A DNA stretch of 64,000 bases from Daphnia carinata (GCF_022539665.2 NC_081333.1:3844001-3908000), one strand, 5' to 3'; counted from the stretch's first letter, positions 14,704-28,862 are shown. The notes: generated by a model from the letters alone, not told the origin. Numbers and translations are program-made.

Positions 14704-15545
14704 TTTTGTTAGGTGTGAATTCTTTTTAACCTATCATCGAGGGATCCCTGGTAATACTGACTGCTTTTCTATGCATTGAGCGTAGAAAACGAAAGTATCG
14801 TAACAGGATTTGTTGACTTTTACGTCAGGGACGGAAGCCGTACAACGAAAGACCTAAAGATTAACTGATCTTTAGTTCTACTTGAATCAAATCTGAATAA
14901 TGTATTTAAGATATTCCTGTTCTATCACACTGTATATCTTGGGTTTCTTCGTTCGGTCAATAATGGTTACGAACCAAGAGATTGTAGCCGCCATTTGTTG
15001 CCCTATCGTTATCGGCAAAGAAATGTGAACCCATATTGCCTATCCATAAAATTTTCATTTAAATAAGAAATTGATCACATGTTTTAACTTTTTCGCGAAT
15101 CACCATTATTCTAAGCAAGAAGAAGACCTTATTCTTCCACGGGAGGTATTATGAGCTTAATCACGGAGTGGCTTCCTTACCACTGTGAAACGATTGAAAA
15201 AAGTTTATCACGTTCCCGCAAAAGTGAAATTGCCCTCCATTTATTAGTCGTCTGCTAGGCCAGTTTGTCACGCGACAAGATGAAAACGAAGCGGTTTTTT
15301 CATCTGTAGAAATGGCTGATTTCGATCAGGGGCCATAGGAACAAGAATACTAGCTGCTGCGTTTCTTCGTCTTTTTTTTTTTTTTTTATATTCAATGAGT
15401 GTATATTTCACCAACATTTTCCCCCAGACTGACAGGAGATATGACAGTCATGGTGCGATAATGATAGCTGAAACTATCATCTAAAGCCAAACAGTACATC
15501 TCGTCGTCATCACCTAAACTGAACGTTAGATTACTGATTGGTTCA

Positions 15546-16721
15546 ATGGCTGAAGAAAGGCTCACATTTACAGAGGAATTGCACATTCCAACACCTTGGG
15601 GATATCTTGCAGGTAATTGTGAAATAACTTTCTTGAGCGTTAAGATTGTTTAAAAAAAGAATACATTGTTTGTTGCTAATGAAACCTCTAGATTAAATTA
15701 TCAATTATTTGTATCTGCAAAAACAAAGCTAAGGTATGGGGCCCCGACAATGGCGTTCCAGTCTTGGCTCTTCATGGATGGCAAGATAATGCTGGATCTT
15801 TTGACACACTTGCTCCTCTGTTGCCTGCCAATATACGGCTGGTGTGCCTAGAGTTCTGTGGTAGGTACAAAAAAGTACTAATGTGCTTAAAAATTCTTGT
15901 CTTGATTGTTTATGTCAACACTACAGGGCATGGTCTCTCATCACACTATCCAACAGGAATGTTCCTGAACTACTATGATCATGTTTACCATGTCAAATTG
16001 GTGATTGACTTCTTTAAGTGGAAAAAGGTGTCAATCTTGGCCCACAGGTTGGCTGAAATTAAAAAAATATTAAAAATCACTTACAGTTCAATCTTCATAT
16101 ATTCTATTTCATAGCATGGGGGCAATTACTGCCATCTTCTTTGTATCCATGTACCCAGAGTTAGTGGATAAGTTTATCAGCCTCGATGCAGTTAAACAAC
16201 TTTCATCGTCTGCCGAATACTTACCAGCTCGTATGAAGAGTATTTTAAACCATTTCCAAGAAGTGTGTCAAAGACTTGAGCAAGGACCGCTATCGACTGT
16301 GTCATACGAGGAGGCTCGCGACAGAATCGTTAAAAATTACGGTGGATCAATTGACGAGAAAGATGCTGACGTCCTCCTTATTCGCGGCTTGCGTAAAGTT
16401 AAAGAGGATAGCGATGAATACGAGTTCACTCGCGATTTGCGTTCCACCATTCGTCCTTATATTTTCAATGACTTTACCACCGAACAGCTCAAAGCCGTGG
16501 CACGAGGTATCGTCTGTCCATTTTTGCTTATTAAAGCAAAAAACACCTCCGTGTTTGAACCAAAAGAACTGTACCGTGAGTTTTACGACCTTTACCGCGA
16601 TGCGAGCGAAGATTTTCGTTACGTTGAAGTAGATGGTAAACATCATGTCCATCTATCTCACCCAGAGTTAGTTGCGCCCATCATTATTAATTTTCTATTT
16701 CCAACAAAATCTAAACTATGA
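15546..16721 (+). CDS. Serine hydrolase-like (kraken/SERHL) alpha/beta hydrolase, copy 1; ends in SKL
   Basis: IPTPWGYLA, WGPDNGVPVLALHGWQDNAGSF, nucleophile AHS|MG (Ser codon split by an intron), VDGKHHVHL; 4 coding exons. Confidence 0.9.
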
Positions 16722-17327
16722 TTAGTGTTATAAATAAGGAAAACTGAAACGTAAAAAGGAACTAGTTTATTTAATACAGGTGATTGTATCTATTGCGCGT
16801 CTTTACAATTCAACTTTCGAGAAGTATTTATTTTCTTAAACTAAAAGAAAACTTTTCATTTTATGTATTATTTTTTATTGTTATTTTATTGCGATCATGC
16901 AAGCGTAAATTGTTGGATTTCACGTAGATTCTGGTTGTGAAGCAACTAGTAGTGTATTCACTCCAGTTGGGCAACTACATAAACAGAGACGTCTTCTTTT
17001 CAAAACCCTAAAAAATTTAACAAATGGAAAGGATTTTTGTTTCCTTTACAAACCAATGATACCGTTCGCGATTGCTATACTTCGTGGTAAAAATGTTTTA
17101 ATTGAAATTTCCTTCAAGAATTTAAAAAATCCCTCTATTCCTAACTGGAAAATTGGCAATTATTTGGTTGTTCAGTTTGCAGCTCAGTCATTTTGAGATA
17201 AGCAGACGAATGTTGATCAAATGCTAATCTTTCATGATGAAACAACAAATGCAAGCAATAGCCTGAACTTAAAAAGCCATTTTTCTTATTAGTTTCTTTT
17301 AATTTCCATGCAGTGTGAAAAATAACA

Positions 17328-18544
17328 ATGAAGTCAGTAAAGGTTAACCACCTTCAGTACAAAGATCTCCAAATACCTGTTCCATGGGGTTTTTTGGCAG
17401 GTAAAATAGTTCAACCTTGTTAACATTTTTCCTACTTACTTTTACTGTTCGATTCCTGTTTGTTTCAATCATTGCCCCTGTCGAACTATACTTAATGTAT
17501 TCTGGTGATACAGCTAAGGTATGGGGACCTGATGATGGTCTACCTGTTTTGGCTCTCCATGGATGGCAGGATAATGCAGGATCCTTTGACACACTAGTTC
17601 ATCTGCTGCCTGAGAATACATGTTTGGTGTGTCTTGAATTTTGTGGTAATCAACCAGTTTTTTTTTCTAAATATCTTTTTGCCAATATTTCCCTAATTTT
17701 TCCATTATTGTACTGTCTCATGTAGGTCATGGCTGTTCCTCGCATTACCATCCTGGAATGTTTTTGTCCCTGTATGACCATATCTATCATGTTAAATTGG
17801 TGATTGATTTTTTTCAATGGGAAAAAATTACCCTTATGGGCCACAGGTAATTTTGTATGATCTTTGGTTACAGACTGGCTTGTAACAGCTATATTTCTGA
17901 TTTTCAGTATGGGAGGTCAAATAGCATTGTTCGTTGCCTCCATATTTCCCGACAAAATTCACAAACTAATCAGTTTGGATGCCATTAAACTTCGATCTTC
18001 TTTACCAGACAGTTTTACCAGTGATATGAAAGCAGTGATAAACGATTTTCAGAGTATTGTTAGAAAAATTGAAAATGTTTCGCGGAAACCTTCCGTCACG
18101 ACATACAATCAGGCGCGTGAGAAACTGGTAAAAAATTATTCTGGATCTGTTGAAGCTGAACACACCGACATCCTTCTTGCCCGCAGTTTGCGAAAGACGG
18201 GCGAAGACGAGTATGTATATACTAGAGACCTGCGCACTGTTATCCGTCCTTTCCTTTTCAACGATTTTACAACCGAAAAGCTCAAAGAAATCGCCAAAGG
18301 AATCAAATGTCCTTTCTTGTTAATCAAAGCGAAATATTCGATTACTTCCGTATCTTCGGAACGAATTGAATTACATCAAGAATTCCTCGATATCTATCGC
18401 AATGCTAGTTCAGATTTCCATTTTGTTGAGGTTAATGGTACCCATCATGTCCATCTAACTCATCCTGAAATGGTCGCACCATACATTTGCAATTTCCTTC
18501 GTAAAAATGTAGAGCAATCAAAAGACGCACACCAAGATCCATAA
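17328..18544 (+). CDS. Serine hydrolase-like (kraken/SERHL) alpha/beta hydrolase, copy 2; no C-terminal SKL
   Basis: IPVPWGFLA, ALHGWQDNAGSF, GHS|MGG, VNGTHHVHL; same intron positions as copy 1. Confidence 0.9.
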
Positions 18545-18991
18545 TAATTTTCCTAGGGAAAAAGGGTGGGAACGTTGTGGTTAATTGTCACCGGAAAAAA
18601 ATACAAAACCACAAACCATTGTTTTTGAACATAGTTTTTAAAAAATTACTAATTTCTAATTTATTACTATAGTGTTAACTGTTTTTGCCTGATTACGCTT
18701 ACGTAAATGTTCGTTTGTTATATCTGCCTGTTTATGTAAACCTGTAAAAGACAAAGTCTCAGTCCCATATCGATTCTTTTATCGATATGACGATTTTTCA
18801 GTTATTTTTTATGCCGTCTGTATTTTCCACCGACCAAACGTTAGTACGTAATCTATTTGATCTCTGAAAGCATCAATGTAAATAGGACCAAAGGGCAAAA
18901 AAAAATATGAGGAAGTGAATAGAGTATACATGTTGTGTTGAACGCAGTCTTTATCTTGGAACGAGTCAGTGAATGAATGAATGTTGTTGGA

Positions 18992-20129
18992 ATGAAATCA
19001 ATTACAGCTGCCCTAGTGAAAAGCCAACAGTTAGAATTCAAATGCGACGTACAAATTCCGGTTCCATGGGGACATATGTCAGGTATGGAATTTAAATGTG
19101 ATATTTTTTTTAAAATGTGGTTGTCTAAGCTGTTATAATACCTTATGGTAATAGCAAAAGTCTGGGGACCTGACCATGGAATACCTGTTCTAGCGGTTCA
19201 TGGACTGATGGACAATGCAGGATCATATGACACATTAGCTCCTCTTTTACCTGCAAACATACATCTTGTTTGCCTTGAACTTTGTGGTATTTTAATTTTT
19301 AAATTACTATCAATTGTACCAGTTAATAAAACAGCTACATGTTACAGGACATGGATACTCATCTTCATATCCGCCTGGAGTTGTCCTTCATTATTTTGAC
19401 CATGCCTATCACGTTAAGCTTGTAGTCGATTACTTTAAATGGGATAAAGTGGTCTTACTTGGTCATAGGTAAATTGAACAAACATTTAGACTAACATCAT
19501 ATATTGCAATGAGTTTTGTTTTGTTTAGCATTGGAGCCATCACACTTTTTCTGTTTGCATCCCTATTTCCCGAAAATGTCAGTAGGATGATCAGCTTGGA
19601 TTTAGTCAAACCGTTCTCAGTATCTGTGAAAAAACTTCCTGTTATCATGAGAGGCATCATAACACAAATGCAAGGATTTTCAGAAGTTGGACCGCCACTA
19701 ACAGTACAATATAAAGAGGCGCGTCAAAGCATCGTCGATAATTACAAGGGGTCAGTTGACGAGAAGGCTGCCGACATTCTTTTAGTTCGTAGCTTGAAAA
19801 AGAAGGCTGATGCTGAAGATGCTTACGAATTGCCAAACGATTTACGCATACTAGTCCGAACACTCACTCTCTCCGAGGAACAAATCAAAGTGTTGGTTAC
19901 AAACATCCGTTGCCCTTTACTCATCATTCGAGCTACTAACGGGCTAAAGAATTTTACCGAGGACGTCTTAAAAGAATATCTCAACATTTATAAATCATCC
20001 AGCGCTGATTTCCGAATTGTCAATGTAGCCGGAAGTCATCATGTTCACCTTACCCATCCTGAGCGAGTTGCTCCCCATATCCGTGAATTTCTACTACCTC
20101 TTACAAGTCTTCGTACTAGCAAACTCTAA
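18992..20129 (+). CDS. Serine hydrolase-like (kraken/SERHL) alpha/beta hydrolase, copy 3; ends in SKL (alternative in-frame ATG at 18977)
   Basis: IPVPWGHMS, AVHGLMDNAGSY, GHS|IGA, VAGSHHVHL; same intron positions as copies 1 and 2. Confidence 0.9.
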
Positions 20130-20246
20130 TAACGGGTCAGAGATGTTTTAGATCACTCAGTGTATTTTTTTTTACAGTAGAATATCTTTTTGAAATGGTA
20201 TAACACGATGGAAAATTTTTTGGAAAATGTAGCATTAAATGTGGGA

Positions 20247-22587
20247 CTAGCGGATAAGGTTGGCTGAATCCAATTGACTACGTGCGGTTTGGAACCCCGC
20301 CTTGTGCGAGTTTGAATGATGGGCGGTTTCGTTCCAGTGCCATAAACACAAAAGCTCATCGACTCCCATTGTTACCAATTGACTGCTGTTGACGGATGCG
20401 GCCATGCTGACAATACCTTCTTCATGCTCTAAAATGCAAACAAGCCAAATGAAAATCGAAGCTGATGATAAACGTATCAAAGTAGATCAAATTTTCCTAC
20501 GGCCTAGTTCCAGTATAGGATTTAGTTTATCAGAATTGAATTTCCACAGCTGAACTGAGCTTTCTTTTCCGTGCATCTATTTTTTAAAAAGAAAAAGGTC
20601 ATTCAATTTTTGTTAAACTTAATTTGCCGTGTAGTACCGCGTGGCTCTCCGTCGCATCTTGAAGACTGGAATGGTGTGACGAAGCAACCTGTTTCAGCTG
20701 TGCGTTGAAATGGATACCCGAAATTTCCGAAGCACATTCAAAGTCGCCCACTAGCATTCCTGTGGCCGTGTCTTCCACAATTCAATTTAATAGTTTTTCA
20801 TCTGTCTGATAGTTTAAACCTGTTAGTGTGTAACTTACTTTGAATGCAGATGCTAGGTCGAGGAAAACTGGAACCGCAAAACAGAATGCTTGGTTTCCAA
20901 GAACACCAATTCACAACCTGCGTTTTATAGTCGAAGCAAGATTAGATTAGCTGAACCAACGGAGAAAAAAAAGGTGAGTTTACTTGGACAGGATTTTTGT
21001 CCTGCGTTTTAAAGATCATCATTTCTTTAGATGGACGACGGACATCCCATAAACAGGTGAATCCAGATTCGCAGCCCCCAGCAAATAGGTGGCCGTTGGT
21101 AGACCAGGAGAGGCAATTGACACTCGAACGCGATTTTAGGGATAAAATGGGTTCAGGGGACTCTCCACCAGTTTGGCGGAGGTCATAAATCCGAACGCCG
21201 TGTCCTACGGTGCCGCTGTTAGAAGAAGAAAATAAAGCACGCCAAAAAAGGAAACCGCTGCCTTGTTCAGATTCGTCAGAATTGCACACAGCGACCTAGA
21301 TCTACTCTTTCTGTTTTGTTTTATGACCCACTTAGAAACGTGAAATAAAAAAGTACAGTTTAAAGGGCAAATAGTAGGGAAGCATATTACCAGGTGAGTA
21401 GGTGTTCTTGTTCGAGAGCAATTGATCGAAGTGTTTGTTTAGCCGTCAGGTACCACTTATTTCGACAAAAGAGACTGCGAACATCGTAGATTTGAATTTC
21501 GCCGCTCATTTTACCACAAATGACCGCGTCACCTGAAACCACGAATCAAATATTGAGCAATTTCATCATTATGAAACAGAAAACAAACAAAAAATCTAAC
21601 CACTGTTATCCCAGATAACATGACAGAATGGGTTTTCCGGATCATGGGTATTGTTGCGAATCTCGGACACGTTACAGTCCTCGTTAATTTTACATACGTA
21701 AACGCCCGTTTCTAAGGCCACAACCAAATTTGCCGATGGCGCCCAATGTGCGCTTTGGAAACCTGTTTTAGACAACAAGCAAATTTATTAGTGCTATCAG
21801 TATTCTCCAAACGAAGTTTGCAGGATTTACCACATTCGAGAAAAGTCCCTGGGGCAGCCATAACTCGATCAGGTTTCGTGGGGATTTTAAATTTCGATTT
21901 GGCATGAACGTTCGTGCCATAAGCTAAAGAGGCCGTAACAAGACTTAGTGGTTTCGCTTTCGTAGTTTTATTTCCGAAATTCAGAATTCGCGTGACTTGA
22001 CGACAGCTGTCTTGTTGCTCAGTATCATTTTCACCTACACCGCCAGGACGATGAGACATTGGCGACAAAAGATGTTGGGCCAATTGCATATCCGTTTGGG
22101 AACGACATGGAATTAATCTGCGTCATACAACGAAGCAGAAAAGAGTGATCACCGACCTTGCGTTTGGATTTTCCTTATCATGACGTCAATAAAAAAATAA
22201 CCAACGTAGCAACACATACCTGTCTTGAATGTTGCGAGGAGATGAAGGACTTGTATTTCGATTATGCTGTTGAGCAAACACAAACGACGGCAACTGAAGT
22301 TTATTTCTGTCGACCGAAGCACTTTGAATTTTCCGACTCGAGTGGGGTAAAACATACGAGGGTGAATGACTAGTTCGCAATGTCGGTGTTAAAAATGCCT
22401 TCCCTTGCTGCTTTTGTTGAATGCCTGACAGGAATCATATCATTACGATCGTGACACGCATTCGGAAAAACTAACGAATGAACAGAGCAAAATTAAACAA
22501 AGAAATGGTACCTTTTTGAGAGGCACTAGATATAACTGGTACGTTGAGATTTTGTTGGCTGGCGGAAGTCAAACACGTGGTGGACAT
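20247..22587 (-). CDS. Divergent Cdc20/Fizzy/Cortex-family WD40 APC/C co-activator
   Basis: Spliced C-box-like DR|LIPCR, RILNF, IPTKPDRVMAAPG (cf. PDRILDAP), WD40 repeats (VRIYDLR, VNCLSWSTNG, CLWDVR, DELLCLWHW) and a C-terminal IR tail (ANLIR*). Confidence 0.78.
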
Positions 22588-24581
22588 CTCGAACGGAAGG
22601 AATAAAAATGATTGACAGGGAAGAGTAACAATAATGACAATGACCACAATGAAAATCGATAATAATAAATCGATTTGACCACTAGCGTTCTTTTTTTAGT
22701 CAAAGGCGGGAAAAATTATGAGTTGGGGATGGGTAAATAAATAGGGTATGGGGTCACACCACAGAGAATCACTCAATCTGTGAAGCGCCACGAAACAGTT
22801 TCATTCGGCCCTGGAGGCAGACAAGGCTGATAGAAAGATGGCCCCTAGCCGTGATCTTTCTGCCACGCGATATTCGATAGTGGATTCGTGGCAAAATGTT
22901 GTTTCCCGATTTGACGTTCTGGAATCTAGCGGGTAATTATATAACATTTGGAAACTATTTCGAAAGCTAACAGTATCGGGTTGGGTTAATCGAGTAAACC
23001 TTGAAAGTAAGCTCCGTACAAAAGTTTTGAATGTTTTTATCGAAAGAAAATCAATGCTCTCGAAGTCGATCTACCGTTACCACAACCAGTTTGTTATATT
23101 GTGCATGTGCCTCTTGTCCCATACAGGTCCCATGGTGCAGGAAGTGTGTGTGTGTGTAAATTTCTGTACTTCTGTGGTCTTTTTTCCTTTGTTGTACCAT
23201 TTTGCAGTAGACAAAAGTTCACGCTCGGTTTGTCCTCCCACTAGAGAGCTCCCAAAACATATTGTCAAACTGCTGCACAGCGTTTTCTATTCAGAAACTT
23301 AATGGCAGTGAGAATCACGATAATGTTGACGGAAACTCGCTTGGTTGAGTGATAATCATCATCCAAGCAGATGAAATGGCGTGGATACATTATGTTTACC
23401 TTTGGAAATTCTCTAGCTGTCCTGAATTCGTTGTTGCTCTGTGACTTGAGGGGAACGAAATGGGGTCATGCATGTCTAAATAATCTTAGTAAACTATCCC
23501 CAAAACTTTCATCTTCTCATGAATGTTTTTTTTTTCATTCCCCTTTGTAAAGATTTTATCATAAAAAAACCCAACACGTTGGGCAAACTTGAGAATTACG
23601 AAACGTTAGCAAAAATGTTAGTAAAATTTTAAGTAGCGTTGGGCGTGGTGTCCTTTCAATATGTCAAATTTTTTATTTTGTTGATTGTCATTAAGAAAAA
23701 CGTATGTTTAGGCCATAGCATGCAATATTTGCCCTTCAGCGGTTTATGGCATGTACTAGCACCTGTGTTGACGTTTATGGAAAAGCTGTTGCACGTACTG
23801 AGGCGTGACAGACGCACTTTTATTATGTTTTCTCTTTTTGCATCGAGGGGGAAGTACCTTTTCACTTTACAGGAGGTATAGTTCATATAATGTTACCTAA
23901 TCATACTTTTATTTCATTTTCAATAGACCGAAGAAGAAATGAAATAGCTTTCTTTATCTTTTACTTAGGACGACGGCGGAGAAAGTTTGAGAGAAATCAT
24001 CCTTTCGTTTCACTTATCGGTTTTAAAAGTGCCGGAACTGATGCGACCCGATGGAAAATCCACATACTTGAGCAAGTTTTTTCTACTCATTAAAAACCAC
24101 GGTAAATTATCATTACGTGTAGAGAACTCTCTTCCATAGATGCTTTGGCTAATAGACAAAAAAAAAGTTTCTAACCGAGAAATTTGTTTTATTTAGACTT
24201 TATGTTGCCTGAAGCCGTCTTCATTGTCCGGCATGTTTATAACGTGCATTGAAGCCAACACTACCACCAACCCCCTGCTTAGCCCATCCCATCACTGTAG
24301 TGGTTGTTCGAGGAAGGGTATTAGTTGCTAGCCCGACTTCATAGCTGGGCTCAGAGCTCGCCGAGCTGCCGACCTCGCCGCACCTGCTTTTTCATTTCAC
24401 GAAGTACATTTTTTTTCCCCTTAAGTTTGCACACATTAAAAGTTTCTTTGCTTTGTTACTAACGATTTCCTTGTTATTTTCCTTTTTTCAGATATTACAA
24501 AAGTGGAAAGCGGGATAATTAAACGGAAACATTTTACTTGTTTCGATCTGGGATTTTGCCGTTTGTGTGTTGCATCTTGAT

Positions 24582-27500
24582 ATGACCATTAGTACACGGC
24601 CGACAAGCATCCTGGAACACGATAGTCAAATGTCTTTGGCTAGCCAACCCAACGCGCGAGATTACGGGTAAGTTTCAATGTTTTTTTTTTTTTTTTGTTT
24701 TCTTTAAATTTTTGGTGACGTGAATCAAAAAGCTTTGCGGTGAAGGTCAAGCACATTGCCTTTAAATGACCCGAGCGTCGCATCAGATGGCCCTGTACTA
24801 TATTTCGTTATTTACAAGTTACTTCACCAATGTCTCCAAGAAACCGAGTCAAAGTCAGTGGGTGTATGCGCATTTTTTTGAAATTGAAACAGGAAATCTT
24901 GATTTGATGATGAGAGTTTTTCTATTATAACTCTTTCACGGGATCCGTTTGCTCGCGTGTAGACTGTATGGGGCTGGCTATAAAAAGCCCTCGGGGCTTT
25001 TTTTTTTATAGTAGAACGTAAAACTTGGTGATCGCCCATTTCCTGCGTCGTGAATTGATTGGCCCCCCTAAAGTCAAACTTTTTTGACAAGTTTAAAGAT
25101 TGAAAACCAACAAATTAATTCGAGCATTATAATACGATACCACGTTTTAACGACGTGACTTAATAGTATAGGTTGTTAAAATTTCTACGTGAATTTCGTT
25201 GGGTGCTAGTACACGGTCAGGGCGTCGTTCTTTCTAAAGCTAGAGTGCGTGCGACTCAAGCGGAAACAAAAGAAACAGGGAAAAGTATTTTTATTCATTT
25301 TTTTGCGTGACTATTCAAAAAGGAAATAAAGAAACAAAAAGGTGACAGGGTGTATGTTATTGCATTGTCAGTGTGTGACCTCGACAAAGCGGAAAATCCC
25401 AGATAGAGAAAAAAAATGTGCGTAAATGCACAATTGTGTAAAATTATTCCCGAATAAGATTGGGATTCAATTCCAAGGTGAATCGTATTACACCCAGAAG
25501 CAAGAGGCCCCTTTTTCTCACATCCGACATCTTGGTGATGAAAATGAGGAAGTTGCCAAAAAAGAAAATGGATCGCCCCAAACAATTCAATTGTGCCCTC
25601 GACGTAATTTGTTTTTCTCTGAAATGCAAGTAGTAGAAATGGAACGTGGTGGGAACGCAGAACTCGACTGGAGCGCCGTCTGTCGCTTTGCGCAACAGTC
25701 GTCGTATTCGTTGCTGTTGGACTAGCCATTGCCATGGCTGCACTAATTTATCGAGGCCAGCAGAATAATCCATCGAAAGGTTGGCTTAATTGGTCATTAA
25801 AACCATCAAATTGGCGATGGAAACCATTTGTATAAACGTTTTTGTTTCTTACAGTTTTCGATAGTGAAACTCTTGCCATGGTTTCGCCCTCTGCCGCAGC
25901 CTTTACAGTAAGCAGTCACGAAGTACTCGATTTAGACAAGGTGACCCATCCCGAAGCCAAAAGCGCCCAGGATATTTGTGACACTCCCGGCTGCGTTTTA
26001 GCAGGTAAGCATGTCTAATTATTTTTAAAACACAAAATGTTTCATATATTTTTGTTTCTTCTTGAAGCGGCCGAGATTCTTAAAAATATGGACAAGTCGG
26101 TCAATCCTTGTGATGATTTCTATTCTTTCGCTTGCGGTGGTTTCGAAACGAGAAATGTTATCCCCGACGATCAGTCGAGTGTGACTACATTCAGTCTGAT
26201 AGGTGATGAAGTGACGGAACAACTTCGAAACCTGATTGAAAGACCCATCAAAGAGGGCGATGCTGAACCCTTCAAATTGGTCAAGAAACTTTACCAATCG
26301 TGCTTGAATAAGACGCGCGCGGAAGAGGTGGGCCTGACCCCTCTCAAGGAGGTCCTTGACCAGTTCGGCGGTTGGCCCGTCGTTGTCGGAGACAGCTGGG
26401 ATGACAGTACTTTTATCTGGTATGAAATGATTTACAAGTTCCGTCGCGTCGGCTATTCCATCGACTACTTTGTCGACTTTTCCGTCACAACTGACTTGAA
26501 GAACTCTACCTCTCGTACGATTGACGTAAGTAGATCCCATTTAAGTCGTCATGAATTGGTAAATCAAATGTTTTGTCTATGTTTCCTGATATAGCTGGAT
26601 CAAGCTACGCTCGGTCTAAGTAGAGAATACCTTATTAAAGGTATGGAAGACAAGGACGTTAAAGCTTACCTTGATTACCAAGTCGGCTTAGCAACTCTTT
26701 TGGGAGCGGATAAAGAGCGCGCACTCAAGGAGCAGAGGGAAGCACTTGAATTTGAAATTAAGCTCGCCAACGTAAGTACACGATAAGTTCTAAATCTCTT
26801 TCTGGTCATTAATATTTATTTGGTTTTTTGGGCGGGGCTTTTCAGATCAATTTACCACGAGAAGAACGTCGTGATGCCAACAAACTTTACAATCCGATGA
26901 CCATTAAAGAATTGAGCCAAAAAGTGCCCGAAATTCCGTGGTTGGTTTACATGAACACTATCCTGGCCCCGCATCATGTTCTAACGGAAAATGAACGTGT
27001 CATCGTTGATGTGCCTGATTACTTCCCTAAGCTAGTCGACTTGTTAGCCAAAACACCCAAGAGGTCTGACTTTAAAAATTCTTTAAATTTCATTTTTCTG
27101 ATTTTATTTTTCTTTCTTTTTTTCTAGGACGTTGGCCAATTATTTGATGTGGCGAGTTTCATCCGCATCGGTTGGGTACCTGAATGAGGCGGCTAGAAAT
27201 TTGCAGCTCAAGTATTCGGCTGTTTTGACTGGAACGACTGAACGCAAACCCCGTTGGGAAGAGTGCACTGACCTCGTGTCTGGCAGGTAAAATATTCTTC
27301 TCGCCATCACTGCCGACTAGCAAAAAAAAAAACACGGTTTATATTGAAAACTTGTATTTTTTTTTCTTTTGATTATTTTGCATATTCCCCATATACATTT
27401 GTGTTTGTCTGGCACAGAGCCAAAAAGTCAAAAGGCAGAATGTAAGATGACACACCCATTTCTATTCTAATCCGCCAGCTAGTCCATTTGCTATTTGAAA

Positions 27501-28862
27501 AGAAACCCAAAAAAAATTATAATAACAGGATTTTGGGTGTGTCTTTTTTAGTTTTGGCAATGCCGTCGGAGCCATGTACGTCCGGGAATATTTTGAAGAA
27601 GATGCCCGTCAATCGGCCAACGAGATGGTCAAAGATATCCGAAGCGTGTTTACTGAGATTATTGACGAACTCGAGTGGATGGACGACGAAACCCGAGTGC
27701 GTGCCAAGGGCAAATCAGCGTCAATGACTACGCACATTGCTTACCCCGACGAATTGCTCGACGACAAAAAATTGATTGATCTCTACCAAAATGTAAAAAT
27801 TTCATTCAAATACTTTCTTTTTGGCTTTTTTTTAAATAATCATATTTTGAATTTAGCTGACTCTCGACGCGACAGACTATCTACGCAATGCCCTCAATCT
27901 CACAGTTTTTGGCACCAATTATGCGTTCAAGAAATTAAGGGAACCCGTTAACAAGACGGACTGGATTTCGCACGGTCGACCAGCTGTTGTCAACGCCTAT
28001 TATTCTCCACTTGAGAATTCGATCCGTGAGTTTTCGTTTTTTTTAGCAAGGAAAGTTAAGTTCACGTGTTGCTACATTTCACCTTTCAATCGTCTCTCAG
28101 AATTCCCTGCTGGCATCCTTCAGGGTGCTTTCTTTGGTAAGAATCGTCCCGCCTACCTCAACTACGCTGCCATTGGCTGGGTCATTGGGCACGAAATCAC
28201 CCACGGCTTCGACGATCAGGTAGTCCTAACAACTGGTTGCATTTTTTCTCCTTCTCATAATTCCCATATCACGAGTTGTTTTTGTTATTCTAGGGACGTC
28301 AATTCGGCCCCGATGGCAATTTGGCCGAATGGTGGGCACCACCAACAAAGAAAAACTATTTGGAGCGAGCCCAGTGCATTATTAGCCAATACGGCAACTA
28401 TTCTTTCCCTGAACTCGGCTTGAACGTAAGCTCAAAATCATTCAAAAACATTGTTTTAAAAAAAACTTACAATTTTAATTCCATTTTAATTCATAGATCA
28501 ATGGTATCAATACCCAAGGCGAAAATATTGCCGATAACGGTGGTATTAAAGAAGCCTACAGGGCCTACATTAAATACGCTACACGCTCTAGGTCCGGCTT
28601 TGAAAACTGGGACCAAGTTGAACAACGATTGCCCGGTTTGAGCGAATACAACGTACGGCAATTGTTCTGGCTTGGTGCGGCTAATGTTTGGTGTCAAAAA
28701 TCACGACCGGAAAGCTTGAAACTGCGCATCCTTACTGGTGCTCATTCTCCATCACGTTTCCGCGTTCGTGGACCGTTCGCCAATATGCCCCAGTTCGCAT
28801 CCGACTACAACTGTCCTCTTGGAAGTGCTATGAATCCAGTACAAAAATGCGCCGTTTGGTAA
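24582..28862 (+). CDS. Nep2: Neprilysin (M13 zinc metallopeptidase), Nep2-like type II membrane protein, multi-exon
   Basis: N-terminal WWERRTRLE followed by a TM anchor, VNPCDDFYSFACGG, VVNAYYS, VIGHEITHGFDDQG (HExxH), GENIADNGG, terminal CAVW*. Confidence 0.9.

Noticed and set aside
25295..26540. Minus-strand ORFs of 146, 109 and 171 aa
   Set aside because: They overlap neprilysin exons and introns in antisense and have no motifs.
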